DNA of 64,000 bases, from positions 785 through 64,784 of the IMG/VR virus record IMGVR_UViG_3300036985_004505; one strand, 5' to 3'. The DNA comes from a virus (taxonomy: Duplodnaviria; Caudoviricetes). Positions 28,866 to 38,204 of this stretch are shown piece after piece (position 1 is the first letter of the stretch; the number at the start of each line of letters is the position of its first letter). The position numbers and the translations under genes are program-made. A model generated the notes under the pieces. The model had not been told where the DNA came from, searched no databases, and was given only the letters and a program-made list of their open reading frames with translations.

Positions 28866-29510
28866 ATGGAATTACAATATGAAAACGCATTAGAGGAATA
28901 CAACCTTACTGTTGCTGATTTATCGGAACACGCAAAAATAGGTATTGAAAACATTAATAGTGTTCTTAAAGGGGTTAATATGCTCCAAAAAAGTGGCAAA
29001 CAAGTTAGTGATAAAACCATTAGCAAAATTGAGGCTATGGATAAGTGGGTTTATTATGAAATACTTGACCAAGTAAAAGGCTCTGAAGACAATGTTGATG
29101 AGTTGCCTTACGAGGATGACGAGGTGCTTGAAGAGGCTGAGTTGTATGCCGAGCAACAAGAAGATGAGGAAGAGGAAGAGGAAGAGGAGGGTAGCGAGGA
29201 TGAGCTTTATAAAAAGTACCTTGAAACAGATGAGGAGTATTTTGAGGAAAGTTTAGAAGAAAAGGAAGTGGTTAAACCAACTAACGAAGTGCAAAATGAC
29301 ACAAGGGGTGCGTTAATTGACAAAGAATTAGAGGTTGCCTACAAAAATGGTAAAACAACAATAACACTTGAGGAACTTAAAGCAATAAGCAAAACCGCAC
29401 ACAACGTAATTTTTACCAATTACGAGGAAAGTGGTGATAACGGCATAGAAACAAGTTATTACACGCTAATTGAAACAGATGACGAGGTATTTACATTAAC
29501 AAAAAAATAA
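28866..29510 (+). CDS. highly acidic hypothetical protein
   Basis: 214 aa with a poly-Glu tract. Confidence 0.75.
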   Translation: MELQYENALEEYNLTVADLSEHAKIGIENINSVLKGVNMLQKSGKQVSDKTISKIEAMDKWVYYEILDQVKGSEDNVDELPYEDDEVLEEAELYAEQQEDEEEEEEEEGSEDELYKKYLETDEEYFEESLEEKEVVKPTNEVQNDTRGALIDKELEVAYKNGKTTITLEELKAISKTAHNVIFTNYEESGDNGIETSYYTLIETDDEVFTLTKK

Positions 29511-29512
29511 TT

Positions 29513-29671
29513 ATGATTACAAAATTTGACACAACAAGTACTGGAAGTGCAACTAAAGGCGGTAATGGTCTTTTATACCTTATTGGCGGTGCAATAGTTT
29601 TATATTTAGGGTATAGATATATTATTAAGCCACAAATGGAAGAAAATAAAAAACAACAAGAGCAAAAATGA
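29513..29671 (+). CDS. small single-pass membrane protein (52 aa, absent from the ORF track)
   Basis: MITKFDTTSTGSATKGGNGLLYLIGGAIVLYLGYRYIIKP...*, with an ATGA overlap into the next gene. Confidence 0.7.
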   Translation: MITKFDTTSTGSATKGGNGLLYLIGGAIVLYLGYRYIIKPQMEENKKQQEQK

Positions 29672-29874
29672 CGGTAGATGAAAGGCAACAAAAAGCAATC
29701 AACATAGCACTTGTAGGGATTGGTCTTATTGGTGTTATTGTCAGCGTTTTAGTGTATTTAGATAATAAAAAACACGCTAAAATAAAGGAGGAAGTAACCT
29801 TGCTTGACAAAGAAATAAAGGTGCTTGACTTAGCACTTAAAAAACAGAAAGTACAAGAAAACGGACTTGCTTAG
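29668..29874 (+). CDS. small membrane protein with a coiled coil
   Basis: N-terminal TM helix followed by heptads. Confidence 0.7.
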   Translation: MTVDERQQKAINIALVGIGLIGVIVSVLVYLDNKKHAKIKEEVTLLDKEIKVLDLALKKQKVQENGLA

Positions 29875-29975
29875 TTTATTAACAAGCCTATGTTTGTAAC
29901 TTTTTTAGTAACGAATAGTTTGGCTTTAAATTATTATTGTACGTTTGTGTAAAATTAACCCAAAAAACAATAAGT

Positions 29976-30332
29976 ATGATAACAAATTTCGAAGACGAAA
30001 CTCAGAATTTATCTGACAAGGAACTTGCAATAGTACCATCAATAGTAAAGGCATTCCGCAAGTACACAAAAGAAAACCCAATTAAATCACCCGAAATTGT
30101 AACAAGGTATAACGCTGGCATTAAAAAAGGCGATGTTATTTTAAACGGAGTGCGTTTAAGAAAAATCGTAAACCATATACGTTCGTATGGTATGCTACCC
30201 TTAATAGCTACGAGCAAAGGGTATTATGTAAGCTACGATAAAGAGGAAATAAAACTACAAATAACATCTTTGCGTGAACGTGCCAATTCTATTGAAAATT
30301 GTGCTATTGGTTTGCAAGAGTTTCTTAAATAA
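29976..30332 (+). CDS. winged-HTH phage protein
   Basis: LRKIVNHIR...PLIATSKGYY...EEI. Start at ATG 29976, after TACGTTTG. Confidence 0.65.
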   Translation: MITNFEDETQNLSDKELAIVPSIVKAFRKYTKENPIKSPEIVTRYNAGIKKGDVILNGVRLRKIVNHIRSYGMLPLIATSKGYYVSYDKEEIKLQITSLRERANSIENCAIGLQEFLK

Positions 30333-30624
30333 CATTATCTATTTGCAATACGTTGGCGGTAGTGTACCAACGACCAATTTTGAACCTACTTGTTAGGTAA
30401 AATATTAAATTTACTTTAGTCCCCACTGGATGCTTATCTTTTATAGTATCATAGTGGGGTTTTTTTATGGCAAAGTTTATAAACCTCGGGTTTTCGTGAC
30501 CTACATTAAGCGTTATAGAACACCAATTATCACCATCGTTACTTTCGTGTACAACTCCTTTTATTGTATTAAAGTTTAATTGCTTTTCATTTCTATTAAA
30601 AGGCAACGCTATATTATTATCCAT
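30325..30624 (-). CDS. OB-fold protein (DUF3127/SSB-like)
   Basis: IKGVV...PVGTKV.LIFYLTSR...RWYT. A TAACTTTG box lies upstream on the minus strand. Confidence 0.55.
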   Translation of the reverse strand: MDNNIALPFNRNEKQLNFNTIKGVVHESNDGDNWCSITLNVGHENPRFINFAIKKPHYDTIKDKHPVGTKVNLIFYLTSRFKIGRWYTTANVLQIDNVI

Positions 30625-30689
30625 ATCTTTGTTTTAATTCAGAAAGCAAAGTTAATAAATTAATCACTTCTTTTAATGAAATCCTTTTT

Positions 30690-30718
30690 TGTACAAAAAA
30701 AATGATTACTTTTGTACA
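30690..30718 (+). promoter_or_regulatory. promoter with paired TGTACA boxes
   Basis: TGTACA at 30690 and 30713 (23 nt apart) overlapping TACTTTTG, a near-copy of 28817-28845. Confidence 0.6.
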
Positions 30719-30742
30719 ATGACATTACAAGGCACATAAAAT

Positions 30743-31204
30743 ATGACGGAAAAAGCTGAAATAATTTCGTTGTTAAAAAACTTACAAGTTAGCCTCAAAA
30801 AGTACACTATAAAAGAACTTAACAAGGCAATGAATAAAGTTTTAGATGAGGAAGGGTTTTATGAAAAAGTAAAAGAAGACCAAGTCGCTTTAGTTTTTCA
30901 GGTAGTATGTAACCAATACAATATTAGCCGACAACAATTAATTTATAGCAAAGCAAAGGGTGAAGTTAGACAAGCGAAAATGATTACTTATTGCTTATTA
31001 CATTTTCAACTTGAATTACCAATAAGGTATATAGCAAAAAGGCTCTTTTATCTAAAGTGGCATAACAACGTGGGGATAGCAATTAAGTACCACAATAACC
31101 TAAACCCCCAAGTTAAGCCTGATAAGGAATTTATAGCTAAATTAGATGCCGTAAAACAACAAGTCGCAACGCAATTAACAACAATAAAAACAGAAAAAAT
31201 ATGA
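30743..31204 (+). CDS. stand-alone DnaA domain IV-like HTH protein
   Basis: VCNQYNISRQQLI.SK.KGEV.QAKMI..CLL....LP.RYIA...HNNV. Confidence 0.6.
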   Translation: MTEKAEIISLLKNLQVSLKKYTIKELNKAMNKVLDEEGFYEKVKEDQVALVFQVVCNQYNISRQQLIYSKAKGEVRQAKMITYCLLHFQLELPIRYIAKRLFYLKWHNNVGIAIKYHNNLNPQVKPDKEFIAKLDAVKQQVATQLTTIKTEKI

Positions 31205-32274
31205 AAGTTTATTTAAAAAGGGGTGCATTAAATTATAAAGAAAAAAGACTGGTTTCGGCTATTGAAAAAGCATTAGAAGAAAAAATAGCAAAAGAGCCTG
31301 AACTTGCCCAACAATTTGACCCAGCAAGAAATTTTGAGGAATTAAAGGCTTTATTTGACGAGCATTGTGTTACCGATACAGAATTTATTGAAGTACCAAA
31401 CGATAAAAAAGATGGTGGCGAAACAACCCACGAGGAGTTCCGTAAAAGCATAGAGGATACTATTGAAAAACCAGCACCCGAAAAAGCGTCAGAGCCAAAA
31501 ACATTTATCGACCCTTTTAATGATGCCGAGCCTATTGTTCGTGATTATGTACAAAGCGGTGGGTTAAAAGAAGATGGCGAACAACAAAGTACGCAAACAG
31601 AATTTGCAGAACCAACAACCCAAAAAGGTGCGTTTGAAATGCCATCTTCAGAGGACGAAAAAGGTTCGGGTGGCAAGTCTGAAAAAACAAAAAAACCTGA
31701 ACCATCAAAACCAATTAACCCGAAATTTGACGATATGTCAGATAGCAAGAAAAAACGTAGCACAAAGCGTTTTGCTAAAGTTATTATTGAGGGGGTTTGT
31801 TTACTTGCCGAAAAAGGTTGTATTTGGTGGACTACAAAAGATATTACCGAAGATAAACTTGCCCAATACGAAATAGATGGTGATATGGACTTGGGTATTT
31901 TACTTACCCTTGATGATGGGCAACAAGCAACTGTTAGAGAATGGTTTGCACAAAAAGTAAACGACACGCAAACTTTATTTAAAGTTTCCGAGACTGACAA
32001 AAACGACCTTATTGATAGCTTGTACGAAGTTATGCTTGAGAAAGGGGTTGCACCAACACCGATGCAAGAATTAATTATAAATGCGGTTAAAACATTTGTG
32101 CTTGATATGGGGTTAAAAGCGTTTGGGTTAAGTGCTCAAATTAATAACGTATTAGGGCAACTTAGGTCAATGAAAGCAAACACAACGGAATCTGATTTTG
32201 AGGATGAGGCAGACTTTGAAAACCCAGCTACCCAACAAGAAGAAGTAACTGAACTTGGATTAACAACAACTTAA
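31201..32274 (+). CDS. acidic protein preceding the packaging ATPase
   Basis: 357 aa, directly upstream of the ATPase. Function unknown. Confidence 0.75.
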   Translation: MKVYLKRGALNYKEKRLVSAIEKALEEKIAKEPELAQQFDPARNFEELKALFDEHCVTDTEFIEVPNDKKDGGETTHEEFRKSIEDTIEKPAPEKASEPKTFIDPFNDAEPIVRDYVQSGGLKEDGEQQSTQTEFAEPTTQKGAFEMPSSEDEKGSGGKSEKTKKPEPSKPINPKFDDMSDSKKKRSTKRFAKVIIEGVCLLAEKGCIWWTTKDITEDKLAQYEIDGDMDLGILLTLDDGQQATVREWFAQKVNDTQTLFKVSETDKNDLIDSLYEVMLEKGVAPTPMQELIINAVKTFVLDMGLKAFGLSAQINNVLGQLRSMKANTTESDFEDEADFENPATQQEEVTELGLTTT

Positions 32275-32279
32275 AAACT

Positions 32280-33107
32280 ATGGCAAAAGCAACAAGAGAG
32301 GCTGGTATGATGGCTTGTACTGGCGTGCAAGGGGTGGGTAAAACCTATCAAAATATGCACATTATTAAGGAGTACGTTAAAGATAAAGCTAAAACGCAAG
32401 TAAGGGGGCGTAAATGCTTAATTTTTGATACAAATGGTGAATACACCGCAGAGCAATTTGCGAGAAACGATATTCCAAACTTTACAATTAAAACTATTGC
32501 CGTTGGCGATATTGAAAATTGGTGCAAAACAGACGTGGCTGAGTGCCGTAGAGTTGATGCTAAAAACTTGGGTATTAGAGAAAAAAAGGATTGTGTGGAG
32601 TACATCTTAAAGGTCTACAAAAATGGTATGCTTGTTTTAGAGGATATTAACACCTACATTTTATCCGTAACTTTTATGGAGGAAATTGTAGGGGGTTTGG
32701 TAAATTTAAGGCACAGAGCGGTAGACGTTTTAATTAGCTACCAAAGTTTACGCCCAGTAGAGCCTCGTATTTGGCAAAATAGCCGTTGGGTGCGTATGCA
32801 CTATCAAGCCGATAATGTAATGGATATTAAGGGCAAAGTAACAAATGTGACGTTATTTAAAATTGCTCAGTTATTGGTAAACAAAAAGTATTTTGATGGT
32901 GATAAGCGGTTTTTTGTTTATATACACAACTTTGCAAACAAAATACAAGGAAACTTTAAGTTAGAAGAATTTGAAGAGGCTTGTAGGCAATACCTTAGTT
33001 CTAATAAAAAATACATTAGGGAATTTAAGGAAATAAATAATTGCGATATAGACGAGGCAACCGATGGTTTAGTAGAACAATATGTACATCAATATTATCA
33101 AGAATAA
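32280..33107 (+). CDS. FtsK/HerA-superfamily (A32/P9-like) genome-packaging ATPase
   Basis: GVQGVGKT Walker A, IFDTNGEY, LVLED Walker B, and RH...ISYQ arginine-finger/Gln motif. 275 aa with no terminase nuclease domain. Confidence 0.75.
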   Translation: MAKATREAGMMACTGVQGVGKTYQNMHIIKEYVKDKAKTQVRGRKCLIFDTNGEYTAEQFARNDIPNFTIKTIAVGDIENWCKTDVAECRRVDAKNLGIREKKDCVEYILKVYKNGMLVLEDINTYILSVTFMEEIVGGLVNLRHRAVDVLISYQSLRPVEPRIWQNSRWVRMHYQADNVMDIKGKVTNVTLFKIAQLLVNKKYFDGDKRFFVYIHNFANKIQGNFKLEEFEEACRQYLSSNKKYIREFKEINNCDIDEATDGLVEQYVHQYYQE

Positions 33108-33319
33108 TGGGAACTATATTTTACATTTGGAACATATTACTAATAGTTAGCGTAGTGTTGCTATTTTTAAGAAACGATTGGCGTGAAATGTTTAACGATT
33201 TAATGACAGAATTATTTACACCAAATATTTTGATGTTTTTTGTTGCGTTATTTGTGGTTTACATTTTCTTGCCCCTTACAATACCATACTCTATAAAAAA
33301 CATATTGAGGATAAAATGA
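33107..33319 (+). CDS. small membrane protein
   Basis: Starts MGTIF after the ATPase stop, two TM helices. Confidence 0.65.
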   Translation: MGTIFYIWNILLIVSVVLLFLRNDWREMFNDLMTELFTPNILMFFVALFVVYIFLPLTIPYSIKNILRIK

Positions 33320-33522
33320 TAATACACATAAAAAACATAACGGCAGAGCACTTGGTTATTAAACACTTCCTTTGCGGTATTGGTTTAAAAAACTACCTTG
33401 TAAATAAAGACACCTACACAATACCTGATGCCACAGAACAACAATATCAAGAAATTGTTGATTTAGCAAAAGAACTTGGGGCGGTAAATAAAGTAATATT
33501 TGTTAAAAAAAATGGACTATAA
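33316..33522 (+). CDS. hypothetical protein
   Basis: 68 aa, overlapping start. Confidence 0.6.
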   Translation: MIIHIKNITAEHLVIKHFLCGIGLKNYLVNKDTYTIPDATEQQYQEIVDLAKELGAVNKVIFVKKNGL

Positions 33523-33524
33523 TT

Positions 33525-33782
33525 ATGGAAGAAATTAAAAAAGAAATGGAAAACGAATTAGCCGAATTAAAAAAAGAATTGGCTATGTGCGAAAAAGAAA
33601 TTGCAAAACGAAACGATAAGCAAAAAGATTACCTTTTAGAAAAATTAGACATATTGAGCGATATTGCATCAGTACAAGAGGAATTAGAATTGCTTGAAAA
33701 CTTGCCTACACAAGAGCAAACACAAGAAAAACCTAAAGAAGAACCAATACAAGAAGAGCCTAAAGAAAATACAAACCAATAA
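33525..33782 (+). CDS. acidic coiled-coil protein
   Basis: Heptad repeats. Confidence 0.65.
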   Translation: MEEIKKEMENELAELKKELAMCEKEIAKRNDKQKDYLLEKLDILSDIASVQEELELLENLPTQEQTQEKPKEEPIQEEPKENTNQ

Positions 33783-33797
33783 AAAAAACAAATAAAT

Positions 33798-34283
33798 ATG
33801 GAAATCGTAAAAAATGAAGTAGGCGTAAAGCCAAGTGCTGGATTGTTAGAAAATTCAATGTACTTAAAAATTAGCCGTAGCAAAGTTGAAAACTTAGAAA
33901 AAATGATTGAATTGCTTAACAAACGCAAGGATATTATTGTTTCTGCAGAGGATAAATTAAACGACTTTGAGAACAACGAAAGGGCAATTTTGTTGCACAA
34001 AACAGATTATGAGTTAGCTAAACACCACACGACATTAATCGGTATTAAAAATGAGGCTAAAGGGTACACCGAAAAAGCAACAGAAATACTTGAGGAAATG
34101 GATAACAAATGGAACGAAGTTATGGCAAAGGCAAAAAAAGATGCGGTGCGTAGAAAAGACATAAGCACAGTGCTTGAATCTGTAAGTGAGGAACAACTTA
34201 ACGGCAACATTGATTTAAAAATAAACCACTACTTGCAATTAAAGAGTATGGTTTATAATACTGGTACGTTAAAAAAAGCGTAA
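33798..34283 (+). CDS. helical/coiled-coil protein
   Basis: 161 aa, resembles the next ORF. Confidence 0.7.
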   Translation: MEIVKNEVGVKPSAGLLENSMYLKISRSKVENLEKMIELLNKRKDIIVSAEDKLNDFENNERAILLHKTDYELAKHHTTLIGIKNEAKGYTEKATEILEEMDNKWNEVMAKAKKDAVRRKDISTVLESVSEEQLNGNIDLKINHYLQLKSMVYNTGTLKKA

Positions 34284-34727
34284 ATGCTTAATAAAAGCGA
34301 AACATATAACCACGAACTATTTATTTTACAAGACCATTGCATATTCTTAAAAAACTATGCAATGGCTTTGCGAAAGAGGGTTGTATTGGTGCGTGATGGT
34401 TTTGCCTTAAAAACCGAATACGAAAAAAACGAAGTTGATGTTATTGCTTATGAAACGCTTGTAAAAATTAACACTACCGAAAAAAAAATACAACAATTAC
34501 AATTAGAGTACACGCATAAGCTAAATGCTTATTTTACCGAATTAGAGGAACTTTACCAACAGTTTGAGGCAACATTAGAGTTAGCCAAAAAAATGCAAAC
34601 AGAAGACATTAAGATAAAGCATATTTTGTACCACGCAAGGTGGAAACAAATAAATGATAACATAACCGAAAAAATAGCGTTTTACAAAGATTTAAAAACG
34701 GCACTATCAAATTTTGAAATAACATAA
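34284..34727 (+). CDS. helical/coiled-coil protein, probable paralog of 33798-34283
   Basis: Similar length and pattern (KINHYLQLK versus KIAFYKDLK). Confidence 0.65.
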   Translation: MLNKSETYNHELFILQDHCIFLKNYAMALRKRVVLVRDGFALKTEYEKNEVDVIAYETLVKINTTEKKIQQLQLEYTHKLNAYFTELEELYQQFEATLELAKKMQTEDIKIKHILYHARWKQINDNITEKIAFYKDLKTALSNFEIT

Positions 34728-34738
34728 TAAATTTAATT

Positions 34739-35071
34739 ATGAGCAAAATACTTAACAACCATTCGGCATTTAATAAATGGCAAGTTTCAAGTGGGTTTAA
34801 GCAAAACAACGTGCCTAAAATTGATAAATACATCTATATAAAAAAATACACAAAAAGTTTAAAAGCAAATTTATCATATTCTATAAAGGAATTAATTGTA
34901 AAAGATATAAACTCACAAAAGGGTATAGTGCTTATAGGTTATGATAATATTGACGAAATGATTAACGGCATACCAGCCTTAAAAGATAGTAAAGCAATAA
35001 AGTTTCAAGAATTACGCAAAAGGGATTTGCTTGAGGCTTTTAGGTATTTACATAAACTAACATACGGCTAA
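34739..35071 (+). CDS. hypothetical protein
   Basis: 110 aa basic ORF. Confidence 0.6.
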   Translation: MSKILNNHSAFNKWQVSSGFKQNNVPKIDKYIYIKKYTKSLKANLSYSIKELIVKDINSQKGIVLIGYDNIDEMINGIPALKDSKAIKFQELRKRDLLEAFRYLHKLTYG

Positions 35072-35841
35072 TGAAAAAAGTATCAATTTGCTATATTGCA
35101 AAAAATGATTATTGGAGTTCCGTTTATAGCTTTGAGCGTAGCGGTTTTTCCGTTGTAGAAGATGTTGGCGAGTATGTTATTAAAGATGCATCAACAAAAT
35201 ACATTAAAGTTGTGGGCAATGTTGAGGTTGAGTTATTAGTAGCTTTTACCCCAAAAACAGATTGGCGTTTAAAAGATTATTTTAGCAAATTAACCCTATT
35301 AACAATAGATTTTGAAATAGAGGTAAATGATGCGGTTGCCTACAATGGTTTATTTAAAAAAGCTACTAACGATTACATTTGCATACTTAATGATAATGTT
35401 TTTTTACAAGAACATTGGCTAACAGAACTTATATACTATTACGAAAACATCCACAATAGCGGAGTTGTAAGCATTTGTGATAATTTTTGCGGTGTAAAAT
35501 TTTTACCGCTATTAACCACCGAAAAAGAAACATTCCAAAACGTGTTCTTGCCCGATAATAATATGGTGCATAACAATAGCGTTTGTATTTTCTTAAAAGA
35601 ATATTTATATTACATAGGTTGCTTTGATGAAAGCATTGAACTTTACGGCAATGAGTTAAATCAGCTCCAGTTCCGTTTTACGTCGATGGGTTACAATAAT
35701 TACTACATACCAAATCAAAGTTGTTTAGTGCTTAAAGAAAACCAAAAAATAAACTATGAAAACCTTGAAGTAGGCAATAATAATTTACAAAAAACTATTG
35801 CTGAAATGAGGAAAATAAAGAATTATTACATACCTCTTTAA
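35071..35841 (+). CDS. GT-A (family 2-like) glycosyltransferase
   Basis: KVSICYIAKN, AYNGLFKKATNDYICILNDNV..WL, IGCFDE....YG.E. Confidence 0.65.
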   Translation: MKKVSICYIAKNDYWSSVYSFERSGFSVVEDVGEYVIKDASTKYIKVVGNVEVELLVAFTPKTDWRLKDYFSKLTLLTIDFEIEVNDAVAYNGLFKKATNDYICILNDNVFLQEHWLTELIYYYENIHNSGVVSICDNFCGVKFLPLLTTEKETFQNVFLPDNNMVHNNSVCIFLKEYLYYIGCFDESIELYGNELNQLQFRFTSMGYNNYYIPNQSCLVLKENQKINYENLEVGNNNLQKTIAEMRKIKNYYIPL

Positions 35842-35850
35842 CAAATTATT

Positions 35851-35961
35851 TGTACATTTTTGTACACGTTAAACCCCCCACAATATTGAGTTTAAGCAAT
35901 TTTGTTACACTTCTGTACAAATTAAAGATTATGTTTTATAAAATAGGTTTGTATAAATTTG
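35851..35961 (+). promoter_or_regulatory. promoter region of the capsid operon with TGTACA boxes
   Basis: TGTACA at 35851, 35861 and 35914, and TAAATTTG at 35954-35961. Confidence 0.55.
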
Positions 35962-36000
35962 TGTTCAATTAATTATTGTTTAACCTAAAATCTAAGAAAA

Positions 36001-36126
36001 ATGTTTTCATCTGAAAGTTTAAAAAAAGCTGGTATGACGCTTGTAATCGTAATGGTTGCTTTAGCAGTTCATCAAAAGTTTGTTGCTCCTATGCTTGTAA
36101 AAAAAGCTACGACTCCAACTAAATAA
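36001..36126 (+). CDS. small membrane protein (41 aa, absent from the ORF track)
   Basis: MFSSESLKKAGMTLVIVMVALAVHQKFVAPMLVKKATTPTK*, the first gene after the promoter. Confidence 0.7.
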   Translation: MFSSESLKKAGMTLVIVMVALAVHQKFVAPMLVKKATTPTK

Positions 36127-36282
36127 GAGTACGCAAGAATCGGGTTTTCTTCTTTCGTGCTTTTTTTTGCTATTGCCGTATATGGTAAGTGTGCATAGAA
36201 AACAAGGAAATAAAGTTATACATAACTGATGCCCAAAAAAAAGACAATTAAATAAATTATTAACAACCTTAATTCATAAAAA

Positions 36283-37050
36283 ATGAACTCAAAAGAAAAA
36301 GAATTGCTTAACGCAATTAACGGCACTGAGCGTATGTCAGGATTTGACTCTTACGCAGACGGTGATGATTCGTTCTTTGACGATAGCGACTTTGATGGCG
36401 ACTATGCGTTCGATGGCGACCAAATGTCTTACGCAGACGATATGTCTTACGCAGGAGGCAGTAGAGCACAAGCGGTTTCTGACCCTTATGTTATTCAATA
36501 CGACAATACGGCATTAGTTCCAGTAACGGCTATCCTTTTTGGATACAACGATTACTTTAATCAGCCGAATTTCGGTAACCCAGTATTAACAATTATTACC
36601 AACTTACAAACTGGTACTATCGCTGGTTATGGTCGTATGATTGCACAATCAAATAACAAGTTTTTTAAACTTGGTAAATGGCGTTTCCAATGTTCAACTC
36701 CAGCTCAGTTACAAATTACATTAAACATCAATCACGTTGATGCCAATGGTAAAACGTACACTTCGCCTTTGAACTTGTCAATTATGCGTGATGCTTATCA
36801 GCAACAACCTGATATTATCGATGTAACTAAACCAGTTACTATTGATGGTAACACGTTTATCACATTTACATTGTTAGCTGGTTCGGTATTTACAATTTCA
36901 ATGTTCCCAGTATCTGTTATTTCAGGTAAGGCTAAGTTGAATGGTGGTGCATCGTTAAATTCTGCAAGAGCACCTCGCTTGAGCGGTAAAAATGTTGCCC
37001 CAGTAATTATCCAAACTACGCAAGACGTAAAGGGTATCTCTGGACGCTAA
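36283..37050 (+). CDS. candidate major capsid protein (single jelly-roll-like)
   Basis: Acidic N-terminal extension plus a beta-strand-rich domain of about 150 aa. Codon usage looks like that of a highly expressed gene. Has its own terminator and a paralog at 42018. Confidence 0.55.
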   Translation: MNSKEKELLNAINGTERMSGFDSYADGDDSFFDDSDFDGDYAFDGDQMSYADDMSYAGGSRAQAVSDPYVIQYDNTALVPVTAILFGYNDYFNQPNFGNPVLTIITNLQTGTIAGYGRMIAQSNNKFFKLGKWRFQCSTPAQLQITLNINHVDANGKTYTSPLNLSIMRDAYQQQPDIIDVTKPVTIDGNTFITFTLLAGSVFTISMFPVSVISGKAKLNGGASLNSARAPRLSGKNVAPVIIQTTQDVKGISGR

Positions 37051-37070
37051 TTAGTTTTCAAGACTACTAT

Positions 37071-37108
37071 AAAAGAGGTGTGTGTATATTGCACACACCT
37101 TTTTTTTT
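37071..37108 (+). terminator. intrinsic terminator after the capsid candidate
   Basis: AGGTGTGTG-loop-CACACACCT followed by a T-run. Confidence 0.85.
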
Positions 37109-37128
37109 AACCTTTAAAAAACTAACAA

Positions 37129-37641
37129 GTGGCACGAAACAAAAACAAAACATATAAAACCCTATTATCCGTATTAGCTAATGGCAGTACAGAACAAGCA
37201 AGGGATTTATTAACAAGACATTCGGGCGGTGATGCCCAAGACGTAAAAGACCTTGAAATTAAACTTGCAAGGGTTTACGCCACATCATCAAATAAAAAAG
37301 ATATTGAGCGTGAGTTTGCTCAAATACACCCACACAAAGATTTTATTTTAAAATACGTTACCGCAAAAGAGGAAATTAAACCCCTTGAGGCAATACACGA
37401 CCAAGTGGTAAAGCCAATAGAAAATAGCGGTACTAAAAAAATGGTTATGGTACACGATGGTTATGCAAATGCAGATGGTTGTGAACAAACTTGCGGTTGC
37501 CCTAAATGTATGGGTTATTCAAATGCAAGTGGCGAACAACCGCAAAGCGTAGATAAAGGCAACCAAAACATAATGGTACTTGGAATAGTAAGCGTAGTAG
37601 CAATTTTAGGAATGGTACTTTACATAAATAAAAATAAATAG
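37129..37641 (+). CDS. C-terminally anchored virion membrane protein
   Basis: C-terminal TM, motifs YANADG and YSNASG. Confidence 0.7.
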   Translation: MARNKNKTYKTLLSVLANGSTEQARDLLTRHSGGDAQDVKDLEIKLARVYATSSNKKDIEREFAQIHPHKDFILKYVTAKEEIKPLEAIHDQVVKPIENSGTKKMVMVHDGYANADGCEQTCGCPKCMGYSNASGEQPQSVDKGNQNIMVLGIVSVVAILGMVLYINKNK

Positions 37642-37643
37642 AT

Positions 37644-38186
37644 ATGGGGATTGAAATTAAAATGGGCGAACCAATTGATGTAAGGCAAGAAGATAATACA
37701 ACGCTTGGTGAAGAGGTAAAAGTTATTGCCAATGCTAATGTATTAAAAGCAAATAAAGAGCATAAGAACTTTACAGAAACCGAAGAAGTTATCCCAGTAG
37801 GTACTACTTTATATGGTAGGACTATTATGGTTGATGGTTTACGCAGAGGGCAACCTTTTAAATATAGGTTGTTTAGTACAAACGATAAAAAAATTATACA
37901 CTTAAATAAAATAGAACCAATGAGAACAACAGAAGTATCCTTAGGGGCAGATGCCAAACAATCGCCGACAGTAGTAGATATGGCAAGACCAAAATTAAAC
38001 TTAACAAAGTGGACTATTGGCGGTGCATTAGCTGGTGCTGGTGCTGGATATTATTATTCAGCTAAAATGAAAAATATGGACAAAAAGAAAGTTATGATTT
38101 ACTCTATCGTGGGTTTAGTAGCTGGCTTTTATATTGGCAAGGCGATTGAAAAACGCAGACCAGTTAAAATTACACCAAGCAAATAA
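37644..38186 (+). CDS. membrane protein (SH3-like N-domain plus two Gly-rich TMs)
   Basis: IGGALAGAGAG and IVGLVAG helices, same architecture as 40091-40561. Confidence 0.7.
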   Translation: MGIEIKMGEPIDVRQEDNTTLGEEVKVIANANVLKANKEHKNFTETEEVIPVGTTLYGRTIMVDGLRRGQPFKYRLFSTNDKKIIHLNKIEPMRTTEVSLGADAKQSPTVVDMARPKLNLTKWTIGGALAGAGAGYYYSAKMKNMDKKKVMIYSIVGLVAGFYIGKAIEKRRPVKITPSK

Positions 38187-38204
38187 TTAAAAAAATAAAC
38201 AACT

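Noticed and set aside
32280-33107. ATPase as a terminase large subunit
   Set aside because: It is too short, has no RNase H-like nuclease domain, and its motifs fit the FtsK/HerA superfamily.
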